63,375 nt of DNA, filler included, from Chiloscyllium plagiosum (GCF_004010195.1; 4 parts of one record of this genome joined end to end with filler, not necessarily neighbours in it), one strand, 5' to 3'. Positions 34,011 to 46,112 are shown, counted from the whole stretch's first letter. The notes: generated from the sequence alone by a model not told the origin. Numbers and translations: made by a program.

Positions 34011-36838
34011 GACCCTGTGACAGTGCAGCGCCTCCTCAGTACTGACCCTCTGACAGTGCAGCGCTCCCTCAGGACCGACCCTCCGACAGTGCAGCACTCC
34101 CTCAGTACTGACCCTCTGACAGTGCAGCACTCCCTCAGTACTGACCCTGCGACAGTGCAGCACTCTCTCAGTACTGACCCTCTGACAGTTCAGCACTCCC
34201 TCAGCACTGACCATCTGACAGTGCAGCACTCCCTCAGTACTGACCCTCTGACAGTGCACCGCTCCCTCAGTAATGACCCTCTGACAGTGCAGCACTCCCT
34301 CAGCACTGACCCTCTGACTGTGCAGCACTCCCTCAGTACTGACCATCTGACAGTGCACTGCTCCCTCAGTAATGACCCTCTGACAGTGCACCACTCCCTC
34401 AGTACTGACCATCTGGCAGTGAAGCAATCCCTCAGCACTGACCCTCTGACAGTGCAGCCCTTCCTCAGGACTGACCATCTGGCAGTGCAGAGCTCCCACA
34501 GTACTGACTCTCTGACAGTGCAGCACTCCCTAAATACTGACCATCTGACAGTGCAGCACTCCCTCAGTACTGACCATCTGACAATGCAGCACTCCCTCAG
34601 CACTGACCCTTGGATAGTGCAGCAGTCCCTCAATACTGACCTTCTAACAGTGCAGCAGTCCCACAGCACTGATCCTCTGACAGTGCAGCACTGTCTCAGA
34701 ACTGACCCTCTGACAGTGCAGCAATCCCTCAGTACTGACACTCTGAAAATGCAGCACTCCCTCAGTACTGACCCTCTGACAGTGCAACATTCCCTCAGTA
34801 CTGGTTCTCTGACAGTACATCACACCCTCATTATGACCCTCTGACAGTGCAGCACTCCCTCAGCACTGATCCTCTGAGAGTGCAGAACTCCCTCAGTACT
34901 GACCCTCTGACAGTGCAGCACTCCCTCATTATGACCTCTGACAGTGCAGCGCTCCCTCAGGAGCGACCCTCTGACAGTGCAACATTCCCTCAGTATTGGT
35001 CCGCTGACAGTACATCACACCCTCATTATGTCCTTCTGACAGTGCAGCACTCCCTCAGTACTGACCCTCTGTCAGTGCAGCACTCCCTCATTACTGACCC
35101 TCTGACAGTGCAGCGCTCCCTCAGTACTGACCCTCTGACAGTGCAGCGCTCCCTCAGTACTGACCTTCTGACATTGCAGCAGTCCCACAGGTCTGACCGT
35201 CTGACAGTGCAGCAGTCCCTCAGCACTGACCCTCTGACAGTGCAGCACTCCCTCAGCACTGACCCTCTGACAGTGCAGCACTCCTGCAGTACTGAGCTTG
35301 TGACAGTGCAGCAGTTCCTCAGCACTGACCCTCTAACAGTGCAGCGCTCCCTCAGTACTGACCTTCTGACATTGCAGCAGTCCCACAGGTCTGACCGTCT
35401 GACAGTGCAGCAGTCCCTCAGCACTGACCATCTGGCAATGCAGCACTCCCTCAGCACTGACCCTCTGACAGTGCAGCACTCCCTACGTAATGACCCTGCG
35501 ACAGTGCAGCACTCCCTCAGTATGGGCCCTCTGACCCTGTAGCGCCTCCTCAGTACTGACGCTCTGGCAGTGCAGCGTACCCACAGTACTGACCCTCTGA
35601 CATTACCTCATATCCTCATTATGACCCTCTGACAGTGCAGCAGTCCCTCAGTACTGACCCTTTGACAGTGCAGCACTCCCTCAGAACTGACCCTCTGACA
35701 GTGCAACATTCCCTCAGTACTGACCCTGGGACAATGCAGCATTCCCTCCGTACCGACCCTGCAGCACTCCCTCAGCACTGACCCTCTGACTGTGCAGCAC
35801 TCCCTCAGTACTGACACTCTGACAGTGCACTGCTCCCTCAGTACTGACCCTTTGACAGTGCAGCACCAGCACCGACCCTTTGACAGTGCAGCGCTCCCTC
35901 AGAACTGACCCTGCGACAGTGCAGCACTCCCTCAGTACGGTCCCTCTGACAGTGCAGCGCTCCCTCAGTACTGACCCACTGGCAGTGCAGTGCTCCCACA
36001 GTACTGACCCTCTGACAGTGCAGCGGTTCCACAGTACTGACTCTCTTGACAGTGCAGCACTCCTTCAGCAAGGACCCTTTGACAGTGCAGCACTCCCTCA
36101 GTACTGACCCACTGATAGTGCAGCGCTCCCTCAGTTCTTATGCTCTGACAGTGCAGCATTCCCTCAGCACTGACCCTCTGACAGTGCAGCACTACCTCGG
36201 TATGGGCCCTCTGACAGTGCAGCGCCTTCTCAGTACTGACGCTCTGGCAGTGCAACGCTCCCACAGTACTGATCCTCTGACAGTGCAGCACTCCCTGAGT
36301 ACCGACCCTCTGACAGTGCAGCACTCCCTCAGTACTAACCCCCTGACAGTATAACATTCCCTCAGATTGACCCTCGGACAGTGCAGCGCTCCCTCAGTAC
36401 TGACCGTCTGACATTGCAGCACTCCCACAGGTCTGACCGTCTGTCAGTGCAGCAGTCCCTCAGCACTGACCCTTGGACAGTGCAACATTCCCTCAGTACT
36501 GATCCTCTGTCAGTGCAGCACACCCTCAGTACCCACCATGCAGCATTCCCTCAGCACTGACCCTTCGACAGCGCAGCACTCCCTCAGTACAGACCCTGCG
36601 GCAGTGCAGCACACCCTCAGTACCCACCATGCAGCATTCCCTCAGCACTGACCCTCTGACAGTGTAGCACTCCCTCAGTACTGACCCTGCAACAGTGCAG
36701 CACTCCCTCAATATGGGCCCTCTGACTGTGTAGCGCCTCCTCAGTACTGACGCTCTGGCAGTGCAGCGTACCCACAGTACTGACCCTCTGACATTACCTC
36801 ACATCCTCATTATGACCCTCTGACAGTGCAGCAGTCCC
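33984..36838. repeat. 33-bp satellite (CTGACAGTGCAGCACTCCCTCAGTACTGACCCT)n, roughly 85 copies, open-ended at the linker
   Basis: Direct tandem periodicity; translates as TVQHSLSTDPL repeats. Confidence 0.97.
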
Positions 36839-36938
36839 NNNNNNNNNNNNNNNNNNNNNNNNNNNNNNNNNNNNNNNNNNNNTTAATTAATTAANNNNNN
36901 NNNNNNNNNNNNNNNNNNNNNNNNNNNNNNNNNNNNNN
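36839..36938. other. Artificial contig linker
   Basis: N44-TTAATTAATTAA-N44. Confidence 0.97.
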
Positions 36939-37914
36939 CCATCTCCCACTTCCCCATCTCCCATTTCCCCATCTCCTGCTCCCCCATTCCCCTCTCCTCC
37001 ATCTCCTATTTCCCCATTCCCTCTTTGCCCCATTTCGCCCACTCACCCTACCCCCCGCTTCTCCATACCTTACATAGCATTCCACACTCTCTGGAATTTC
37101 AGAAGCTTCACCCTTTCCCAAGGTCTGAGGAGGAGGTGGAGCAGAAGGTTTAATTTCCCATGGTTGCTGTGTTTGTGTGAGGTAATGGATTGAGCTGGGC
37201 TCAGTAAGATACTGACCTCACTGCATTGACCCTTAGAGCAGCCCCATGGTTCCTGCAGCCTTTCAACACTAAATGTGACAAAGGTAACTGGGAGCACCAT
37301 AGGGAGCGGTGGTGTGGTTACTGCACCTATACAGTATAAGGTGAACATCACAATGAAACAGGTCGCCCTCTAACACTACAAGCTCACAGTGGATTGTGGG
37401 AAGTGAAATGCTCCTTTCTTGGTAATATTTTTGGATGTGGGCAAGATCTGGAGCAGTGTATGCAAATGTGGAAATGGAGAATTTTTAAAATATTTAACCA
37501 GCAGCGGTCAGCCTGAGCTGACTCCACACATCTGGAAATGCTTTTCTTGTTGCAAAATCAACTTGTCCAACGTCCGCTGAGCATTTGTAGCATTCCCCTG
37601 CAAACAAACTCACAGGACTCAGTGATAGAGCTAATGTCAAACTGACCAACAGGCTGGCGGTAACCTCCCTTTGGCATTGTCAATTCTCACAATATTGCCA
37701 ACATTTGATGCCATATCTCTCCCAGTGTGAACATTCAAGCAGAGAATACTCCACGTAAGAGAAAGGTTAGCAGACACTTCATAACACTTCATAGAAATCA
37801 CTTCATAACAACCTCCCTGTCAAAATATTTCCGTTGGAATACAATGAGGAAACTGTCATTTCAGTCGTAAGATATATGATTGGTGAGATGATTGATAGCT
37901 GTCTTCTTGAATGG

Positions 37915-38608
37915 TGTCATACAGCCATAGAGATGTACAGCGTGGAAGCAGACCCTTCAGTCCAACTCATCCATGCCGACCAGATATCCTAAATTCATCT
38001 AGCCCCATTTGCCAGTATTTGACCCATATCCCTCTGAACCCTTCCTATTCATGTACCCGTCCAGATGCCTTTTAAATGTTGTAATTGTACCAGCCTCCAT
38101 CATTTCCTCTGGCAGCTCATTCCATTCACGCTCCACCCTCTGCGTGAAAACGTTACCCCTTGGGTCCCTTTTAAATCTGTCTCCTCCACCTTAAATATAT
38201 GCCCTCTCGTTCTGGACTCACCCACCCTGGGGAAAAAAAGCCCCTTGGCAATTCATTCTATTCTTGCCCTGATTATTTTATGAATCTCTTTAAGGTCACT
38301 CCTCAGCTTTTGACACACCAGGGATGATAGCCTCAGTCTATTCAGCCTCTCTCTACAGCTCAAACCCTCCAACCATAGCAACATCCTTATGGATCTTTTC
38401 TGAACCCTTTCAAGTTGCACAACATCCTTCTTATAGAGAGAGACCAGAATTTAATACAGTATTCCAAAAATGGCCTGACCAATGTCCTGTACAGCCGCAA
38501 CAGGACCTTCAAACCCCTGTATGCAATGCTCTGACCAACAAAGGAAAGCATACCAAACACCTTCTTCACTATCCTATCTACCTGCAACTCCACTTTCAAA
38601 GAGCTATG
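37915..38608 (-). mobile_element. CR1 3' fragment
   Basis: VLLRLYRTLVRPFLEYCIKFWS through the 3' UTR. Confidence 0.9.
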
Positions 38609-39391
38609 AATAGAGAGGAAATTTTTGACATTTTTAGGCAAATACTTTGAAACCTTTCCCTTTAATGCGATGGAGCTGTAGTTTGTGATTTGCAGTTGCC
38701 CGTGGAGAAGTTATTTTAATAGAAACCTGATTGGACTCCCCACTTCTATCATATCACATCTTTTATCCAATGGTTCATCTGGCATTAGTGAACATACAGG
38801 GGGAATGGATTACAGTAAAGTGTTAGGCTGGAGCTCACCTCTGTCAACCTGTCAGCCTGAAACCAGGCACAGTGTTGGGAATGACTCCACATTCTTTCCA
38901 ACATGCGGCTGGTGTGGATCAGAAGTATTTGTAGGTGAGTATTCAACTGTCTGGTTGTGTTGTGAATGCACCTTCCAAGTCGGCACAATACCAATTGTAC
39001 TATAAGATATGATAATGGATTGTTTCTTTCATTTTTAAAATTTGATTCTACAGTAAATATAACCCTAGCATTGCTCTGCTTCTCATACCATTCTTACTGT
39101 TTATTTGTTTTCCTGGGAATCAGTAACCAATATGAGATTACTGAACATAACATAATTGGACCTGAAATAATTCAGTTCACACTATACAGCAAATAATTCT
39201 GTCCTTTTCTTTCATAATGCCAGTATAAATTCCTATGGTGACGTCCAGTCATCAGAAATGTCATCATTCCTGACACTGCAGTCAGGAAGCTATGTAAACA
39301 TATCGCGTTATGCTTTAGCACCTCTATTGGAGAGGGCATGTCATTACGCCAGAATATGACCCAACCTGTAGCATATCGGTGAAATTTGCTC

Positions 39392-39555
39392 ATGAGCAAA
39401 AACAGAAATTGCTGGAAAAGCTCAGCAGCTTTGGCAGCAGCTGTGCAGAGAAATCAAAGTTAATATTTCGGGTCTGGTGACCTTTCCTCAGTCTCCACAG
39501 ACACTGCCAAGCCTGCTGAGCAATTTCTGTTTTTGTTTCTGATTGGTTTTCATTT
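39392..39555. mobile_element. Fold-back Penelope-derived mini-element
   Basis: Inverted arms CAAAAACAGAAATTGCT / AGCAATTTCTGTTTTTG; minus-strand CTGAGGAAAGGTCACCAGACCCGAAA; 14-bp TSD with 1 mismatch (39378-39391 / 39556-39569). Confidence 0.7.
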
Positions 39556-39654
39556 GGTGAAATTTACTCTCCGATTTCTGCGTTTTGTTGCTTCTCTATG
39601 AGCCCATTGATGGTAACTATTGATTAATATCTAAACCTATTCCTTGCTTTCCAG

Positions 39655-39744
39655 GGAACAATAGGTTTACCTGGCTTTGTGGGACCCATAGGAATGCCGG
39701 GATTCCCAGGAGTTGAAGGTCCTGCTGGCCCTTTGGGACCAAAG
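39655..39744 (+). CDS. COL4A1: Collagen IV alpha-1-class exon (90 bp, about exon 3)
   Basis: ccag|GTIGLPGFVGPIGMPGFPGVEGPAGPLGPK|gtgatt. The exon is solid; the paralog name is less certain. Confidence 0.75.
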
Positions 39745-39828
39745 GTGATTGCTTTTGGATTATCCGGAAGTTTATTTTGAAACACTGTTAATCTGGATTT
39801 ATAATAAAACACCTTTTTTATATTTCAG

Positions 39829-39873
39829 GGGGATCCTGGAGAACCAGGTCTATCAGGAAAGAAAGGAATCCGG
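39829..39873 (+). CDS. COL4A1: Collagen IV alpha-1-class exon (45 bp)
   Basis: ttcag|GDPGEPGLSGKKGIR|gtatgt. Confidence 0.75.
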
Positions 39874-41022
39874 GTATGTATTGCTGACTACCAGTGTTGG
39901 GTCAACACAATGATTCCAGGCTCCATTATCTACCTCAAATGGAATAGAACTAGCTATTAAGTACTAGGTAGTAGAGCTTCATTGTTTATCAAGATTGACT
40001 CTATCTTTTGCCAGAGACTTTGTCTTCCTTCCCAACATGGAATCAGTAACTTAGGCCGAAATCTACGAATGCTAACAATGGCAAAGATTCTTGGTCGTGA
40101 ATCTATTCAGACCTTCTCAGATGGTTGCAATGGCCATGACCACACCACCTGTACGACAGAAAAGGCAAAGTGCTTTGGGTGAAGATAATGAGTCAGATCG
40201 GGGAGAAATTATTGAGCAACATTGTGTAGAAAGGAACAAACAGTAAGGAAGGCTCACATGTACACAAACGTACATACACAAAAGCCACAAAGAAAATAAA
40301 TGCAAAAATGCATGAATAAATGCCCACTCCCACACATATAGATATACACACACTGCATGGACAAGTTCAAGCAGACACAAACACATGCAAACATAGACAC
40401 ATCATCACAGTGTTCCATCTGTGTCCACTTCACCATAGCCTTGACAACGTGGACAGTTGGATTTGTTCCTCCCAATTTGGCCTTGGAATGTGTGGGGTGA
40501 ATTCAAAGCATTTTAAAGTTGTCTTTCTGATTACTGACCATCCTGTTACGGGAGACTGTTTCTCCCAATTTACTCAAGTAAAACCTATCGGAATCTTGAA
40601 CATATCTATTTGACCACACTTACCCTTCTCTGCCCTTAGGAGGACAATGCTAGCTTCTCCAATGTCCCCTTGTCACTGAAGTCTCTCATCCCTGGCACCA
40701 TTCTGGTAAAACTCCCCTGCATCACTCCAACCCCTTGATATCCTTCTTAAAATGTGGGATCCAGAATAGGATCCAGAATGGGAGGCTGTATCGGTGATTT
40801 ACAAACTGCATCAGATTTCTCCAAAACCATTTACCAATCTCACAACAGCTTACAACAGAACATTGAGGAAACCACCCAAAGTGACGAACCACTTCTGTTG
40901 CACAATGAAAGAGGGGACTTTGCTGAGGTTTGAGTTAGATTATGAATGAAAGATAATTGGAAATTGTTCTTGTTTAAAATACATTCTTAATCAGTTATGT
41001 TATGCTAATGTTAATGACACAG

Positions 41023-41067
41023 GGTCCAGCTGGTTCACCAGGGTTCCCAGGGACTCCAGGATTGCCT
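41023..41067 (+). CDS. COL4A1: Collagen IV alpha-1-class exon (45 bp)
   Basis: acag|GPAGSPGFPGTPGLP|gtaagt. Confidence 0.75.
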
Positions 41068-41166
41068 GTAAGTATAATATCCACCGTGACTCACTTCAAA
41101 TTGCATTTAAAACACTGACCTGGTTGAAATGGAAGGCAGCTTTCTGACAAATCCTCTCACCCATAG

Positions 41167-41229
41167 GGTTTACCAGGACAAGATGGACCACCAGGAGCAG
41201 CAGGAATCCCAGGATGTAACGGCACAAAG
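41167..41229 (+). CDS. COL4A1: Collagen IV alpha-1-class exon (63 bp) with the 7S GCNGTK motif
   Basis: catag|GLPGQDGPPGAAGIPGCNGTK|gtaatc; GCNGT is the conserved collagen IV 7S Cys/N-glycan site. Confidence 0.8.
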
Positions 41230-41517
41230 GTAATCCTCAATATCAAGCTCAGTTGAATCAGCCTTTGATGCAGTTTTATGGAATGTTCAGGAACATAACT
41301 GAACGAGTCAATGCAGCCAACCTCAGCGAGTCATTTTCTCTCCTTGCTGACTACCTGCATCTCTTTTTTAAATTCTTTCATGAGACATGTGCATCACCGG
41401 GCAGGATGATGTTGGTTACCTATCCTTGATCACTCTGAGCAGATAATGCTGAGCTACCTTCTAGAATCACTGTGATCTCTTTGCTGTAGGCACACCCATA
41501 GTGCTGTTCCAGGTTTT

Positions 41518-41829
41518 AATCCCAATCCCTATCAGAAATGCAGTTCTACAGGTTAGCCACACCTGGCAGATTAGGGTATATACACACACACTGATCCATT
41601 CAGTGTAATCGCATGCTGCCCCAGATATCTAAGGTCATCACAGACCTGTTATTGCCCAGTCTCATGTGGGTGTACCCCACTTGTTCCTCTAAGAAGTTTG
41701 ACGCAGAACGCACGGGGGTGGCATAACCATTTAGCGTGAGGGAGTCTAGTTGGTTATCGGAATTAACCAGAGAGATCGCTCCACCAGCTAAGAGCAACCA
41801 TCACCCACAGAATTGAGGAAGAGCTATCA
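41518..41829 (-). pseudogene. 18S rRNA pseudogene fragment (3' major domain, V7-V8 region)
   Basis: Reverse complement contains TGATAGCTC..., GGTGGAGCGAT..CTGGTTAATTCCGATAAC, ACTTCTTAGAGG.ACAAGTGG, GCAATAACAGGTCTGTGATG.CCTTAGAT, TACACTGAATGGATCAG, with many substitutions. Confidence 0.9.
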
Positions 41830-42599
41830 CTGTGGGTCAGTGGTGGGAAGAGTGAAACTTTAAGAAGCTGGACAAGGTGCTGATCAAACAGATAGCTTTG
41901 TCAGGTTCTTAAGTGTTGTTGGAACTGTACGCATCCAGGCAAATGGACAGTTTTCCATCACGACCCTGGCTTGTGACTTGTAGATGGTGAACCCAGTTTG
42001 GGGATTTGGGAGGAGAGTTTATCTTCTAATATCCTACTCACCTAATCACTGCCCACGTCCTTTATGAGCACACCCAGTCTAATCCCACTCTCCTCCTCAC
42101 TCCCCACACTATATAATATGCCATCCTGTCTGATCGCGCTCTCCCCCGCACCCTCTGCATTCAGTAACATATCGAATCCCACTACCCACATTCTTTAATA
42201 TGCCACTGTATAATCCCACCCTCCTCCTCACTACCTGCACCCGTGATTATAGATCCAGTCTAATTTCACTCTCACCTTCATCACTAATCCCACTCTCCCA
42301 CTCACTCTGCACTCCCCCATTCTATAATATGCCATCCTCCCTCATAGTCTCCAAACCTTTAATGACCCATCCTGTTTAGCACTCCCCGCACCCTTTATTA
42401 TCCTGATGTTTAAATCCACTGTCCCTCTCGCTGTCATTTAACATTCCAACATCTAATCCAACACTCCCCCTCACTCCTCGTACCTTTTATTATAAAACAT
42501 CTAATCCCACTCACTCAATGATTTACCAAAATCTTTAATTACTCACCCACCTTAATCACACTTTCCCTCAATTTCCCTGACCTTTAATATCCCACCCAA

Positions 42600-42995
42600 T
42601 CATAGTCATAGTTACAGAATCGTAGAGTCATACAGCATGCAAACAGATCAGTCCATGCTGACCATAATCCCAAATTAAACTAGTCCCGCCTGCCTGCACT
42701 TGGCCCATATCCCTCCAAATATTTCTTATTCATCTATTTATCGAAATATTTTTTAAACATTGTAACTGTATTCGCATCCACCACGTCCTCTGGGGCTTCA
42801 TTCCACGCATGAAACACTCTCTGAATAAAAGATTTGCCCCTCGTGTCTTTTTAAAAATCCTCCTCCACTCATCTTAAAATATGCCCCCTTGTCTTGAAAT
42901 CCTCTGCCCTAGGGAAAAATCACCTGCGTTGACCTTATCTCTACCCCTCTTGATTTTATAAACCTCTAGAAGATCACTGCTCAACCTCCTACCCT
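42600..42995 (-). mobile_element. CR1 3' end
   Basis: Reverse complement of the CR1 C-terminus, 3' UTR and tail. Confidence 0.85.
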
Positions 42996-43135
42996 CTGAC
43001 CCCACTTTCCTGTTCAACCAACTAACATAACTTCCTGGGAAAGACATTACAGTCTCTGATTGGTTGATGCATGCCAGCGAGAGTAGACACTCATAGGAGT
43101 TAAGGTGAAGACTGATTTGTTCTGTTTATATACAG

Positions 43136-43189
43136 GGTGATCGTGGGCCATTGGGACCCCCAGGATTACCAGGTCTCCAAGGATCTCCG
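43136..43189 (+). CDS. COL4A1: Collagen IV alpha-1-class exon (54 bp)
   Basis: tacag|GDRGPLGPPGLPGLQGSP|gtacgt. Confidence 0.75.
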
Positions 43190-43299
43190 GTACGTGTCTG
43201 ACAATTTGATTGACTTTGTCATGTTAGATTTTTTGAGGGGGGGAAGGGGGGACAGCAAACGTTTCAATGTTATTTTTACGCTGTTGTTATGTTTTTCAG

Positions 43300-43326
43300 G
43301 GTACACCAGGTATTCCAGGTCCAAAG
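43300..43326 (+). CDS. COL4A1: Collagen IV alpha-1-class exon (27 bp)
   Basis: ttcag|GTPGIPGPK|gtaaat. Confidence 0.75.
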
Positions 43327-44683
43327 GTAAATAACAAATCCACTTTTCAATCTTTGTTAAAGATTCAAGAAAATGGGAAGGAGCAGTCAGGAATAATTTA
43401 TGTTGTCATTGAGTCCTGATTCTCTCATCTGTGTTCTCATCAACTGCGGGGAACAAAATCAGCAGAGACATATTGAAAGAATTCAGCCCTTTAATCCTGC
43501 ACCACCGTTCGACAATGCCCTTACCTGTCTTACCAATAGTCACACCCTCTTGTCCCTAACCACTGAACATATCAGGAGAATCTGTCAGAATTGTGATCAC
43601 CTCCTGGAACAAAGTAACTTCCCCTCCGCACCTCCCCACCACCCCACCCCCCGCCTCACTGCAGTATATGCAAGTCAGCATCAATCTCAACATCTCCGAG
43701 TCTAAGCTTCTCATCCTGCAGACTCTTTGTACAGACATGGCTCTGTTGCCCATTTAGTGTCCAGGAGTTCCCACATCCTGCAGTTACAACACATCACCTG
43801 CCCTGTAATCTTTATTATGTGTTGATTAATTAATTAATTTTCTTTATTAATTTATAATGAATAAACCTAATTAATCCTAATATGCTTTACTACTGCTGGT
43901 AAACTTGACCAGAACTAATGAAGCCTTACAATTCATTAAGATTTGAAAGATAGCTAAGCAAAATATTCACCAACCCGAATCATTGACCTGCTTTCCTATG
44001 TGTTGTGGTGTGATTATTTTCAGAATATTACCAGTCTACAGACTGGAAACCTCTTGCTCATTTAAACTTGTCTGCAACTCTCCACTCTTTTCAAGGCAAA
44101 GTTAAGGAGGCTACTTAGGCAAATAGCACCTCCTCCCTCAAAACTCCCTTGCTCACTAAATTTCCAACCTTACACTTGATGTGTACTCGCTAGTGCATTG
44201 CTCAACTCATTCTTGCTTTCGCACAGCCCTGCTAAGTTCAGGTTTCCTAAACATGTGAAAATCTAGCCTACTTATACGTGACAGAAGGTCAACTTCTAGC
44301 AATATAACCCTGTAACTGTCATCATTCGGGGGAAGTCATACAGTCTTACAGCACCAAAGGAGGCCATTTGTCCCTTCATACTGTGCTAGCTCTTTGAAAG
44401 AACTATCCAATTACATCTATTCCACTTGCTCTCTCTCTGTAATTTTTTTCTGCTTGAAGCATTGTTCCAATTTTCTTTTGAAAATTATTATTGAATTTGC
44501 TTACAGCATCTTTTCAGGCATATGTTTCAGATCATTTGCTGCATATAAAACCATGTTCTTCATTTACTCTCTGATTCTCTTGATAAATCGCTGTCTTTCT
44601 GGTTATCAACCACTCTGCCACTGTCAATAATCTCTCCTTATCTACTCTACCAAGCCTCTCCTGATGTTCCTCTGCCCTAAGGG

Positions 44684-45033
44684 AAGGTGATAGTCTAGTG
44701 GTATTATCACTGAGCTACTAATCCAGAGACGCAGGTAATGCCCTGAGGACCCAGGTTCACATCCTGCTATGGGATATGGTTGAATCTGAATTCAATAAGA
44801 AGACGGAATTAAGAGCTTAATGCTAGCCCTTAATCCTTAGGAGGAAGGAAGCATCTAGTTCACTAATGCACTTTAGGGAAGGAAATTTCCATCCTTACCC
44901 GTTCTGGCCTATATGTGATTCCAGACCTACAAGCAATGTGGTTGAATCTCAACTAATCTCAGGGTAATTAGAGATGGGCAATAAATGCTGGTCTAGCCAG
45001 TGATGCCCTCATCGCATGAATGCATTAAAAAAA
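44684..45033 (+). mobile_element. tRNA-derived SINE (non-HE1) with a LINE-derived tail
   Basis: A box TAGTCTAGTGG, B-box-like GGTTCACATCC, 3' GGGCAATAAATGCTGGTCTAGCCAGTGATGCCC..TGAAT..A7. Confidence 0.7.
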
Positions 45034-45201
45034 TTCCCACTTCTCTTCACGGAACCGATGTTCCTCATTCCTGGAATCATTCATTTGCGTCCCCACCAAG
45101 GCTCTGATATCCTTCAGATTTATGCTTTACGTTCGTGTTGAAGAAAGATGTGAAGATTCATGCCAGTAAATGAATATTTCAATGATTTTGTTTTAAAACA
45201 G

Positions 45202-45276
45202 GGAGACCCAGGAGAAATTATTGGTATTTCACTTACAAAGGGGGAGCCAGGGTTCCCCGGACCACCAGGAAAACAG
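45202..45276 (+). CDS. COL4A1: Collagen IV alpha-1-class exon (75 bp) with an interruption
   Basis: aacag|GDPGEIIGISLTKGEPGFPGPPGKQ|gtgaga; GDPGEIIG resembles the recalled COL4A1 GDPGEILG. Confidence 0.75.
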
Positions 45277-45365
45277 GTGAGATTTGGTCACCAAGGTTTC
45301 CTTCAGAATATCCATTCTCCACTACAATGTCTCCATCCTAAATCATTTTGTCTTTTCGAACACAG

Positions 45366-45428
45366 GGTGAACCGGGCAGTCCTGGATTGCGAGGACCAAG
45401 TGGTCCACCAGGTTATCCTGGACCTGTC
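45366..45428 (+). CDS. COL4A1: Collagen IV alpha-1-class exon (63 bp)
   Basis: cacag|GEPGSPGLRGPSGPPGYPGPV|gtaagt. Confidence 0.75.
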
Positions 45429-45607
45429 GTAAGTCTGTTTGTTCTCATTTCCTTCTCAAAACAAAAGGCTTTTGGTTAAAATTGTGTTTTTAATTATAAG
45501 TGGAACATACTTTAGAATGAATCAGGCCTGGTACAGTTGAACTTTGTGTAAGAGAGAAAGGGAGAATCGAGAGAGAAATTGGAGATTGCAAACCCTCAAC
45601 TCTGATC

Positions 45608-46112
45608 TGATTCCAGATCCTGAAATGACCTGTTTGATTGGTTCCCTGGGATGGGGCTGATTCCAGATCCTTAAATAACCTGTTTGATTGGTTCCCTATG
45701 ATTGGGGTGATTCCAGATCCTGAAATGACCTGTTTGATTGGTTCCCTGGGATGAGGCTGATTCCAGATCCTTAAATAACCTGTTTGATTGGTTCCCTATG
45801 ATTGGGGTGATTCCAGATCCTGAAATGACCTGTTTGATTGGTTCCCTGGGATGGGGCTGATTTCAGATCCTGAAATAACCTGTTTGATTGGTTCCCTATG
45901 ATTGGGGTGATTCTAGATCCTGAAATGACCTGTTTGATTGGTTCCCCATGGTGGGGTTGATTCCAGATCCTGAAATGACCTGTTTGATTGGTTCCCCATG
46001 ATAGGGTTGATTCCAGATCCTGAAATGACCTGTTTGATTGGTTCCCCGTGATGGGGTTGATTCCAGATCCTGAAATGACCTGTTTGATTGGTTCCCCGTT
46101 ATGGGGCTGATT
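45608..46112. repeat. 50-bp tandem repeat x10
   Basis: TGATTCCAGATCCTGAAATGACCTGTTTGATTGGTTCCCTGGGATGGGGC at an exact 50-nt period. Confidence 0.97.

Noticed and set aside
33837..36711. Long ORFs (335 aa, 231 aa and others) across the satellite
   Set aside because: A by-product of a 33-bp (11-codon) unit lacking stops in some frames; open on both strands with no gene signals.
33984..36838. CRISPR-like array
   Set aside because: Units are contiguous with no unique spacers, there are no cas genes, and the context is a vertebrate intron.
36939..39654. COL4A1/COL4A2 bidirectional promoter between the divergent exon sets
   Set aside because: No CpG island or signal-peptide exons; the divergent layout spans an artificial linker and internal exons only.
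42030..42600. Structured repeat in the C/T/A-rich tract
   Set aside because: Only degenerate TAATCCCACTCTCC-like low complexity; no stable period could be supported by eye.
45608..46112. CRISPR-like repeat with a variable segment, and the 178-aa minus ORF
   Set aside because: The variable part is about 12 nt of point variants of one sequence, not independent spacers; the ORF is a repeat artefact.
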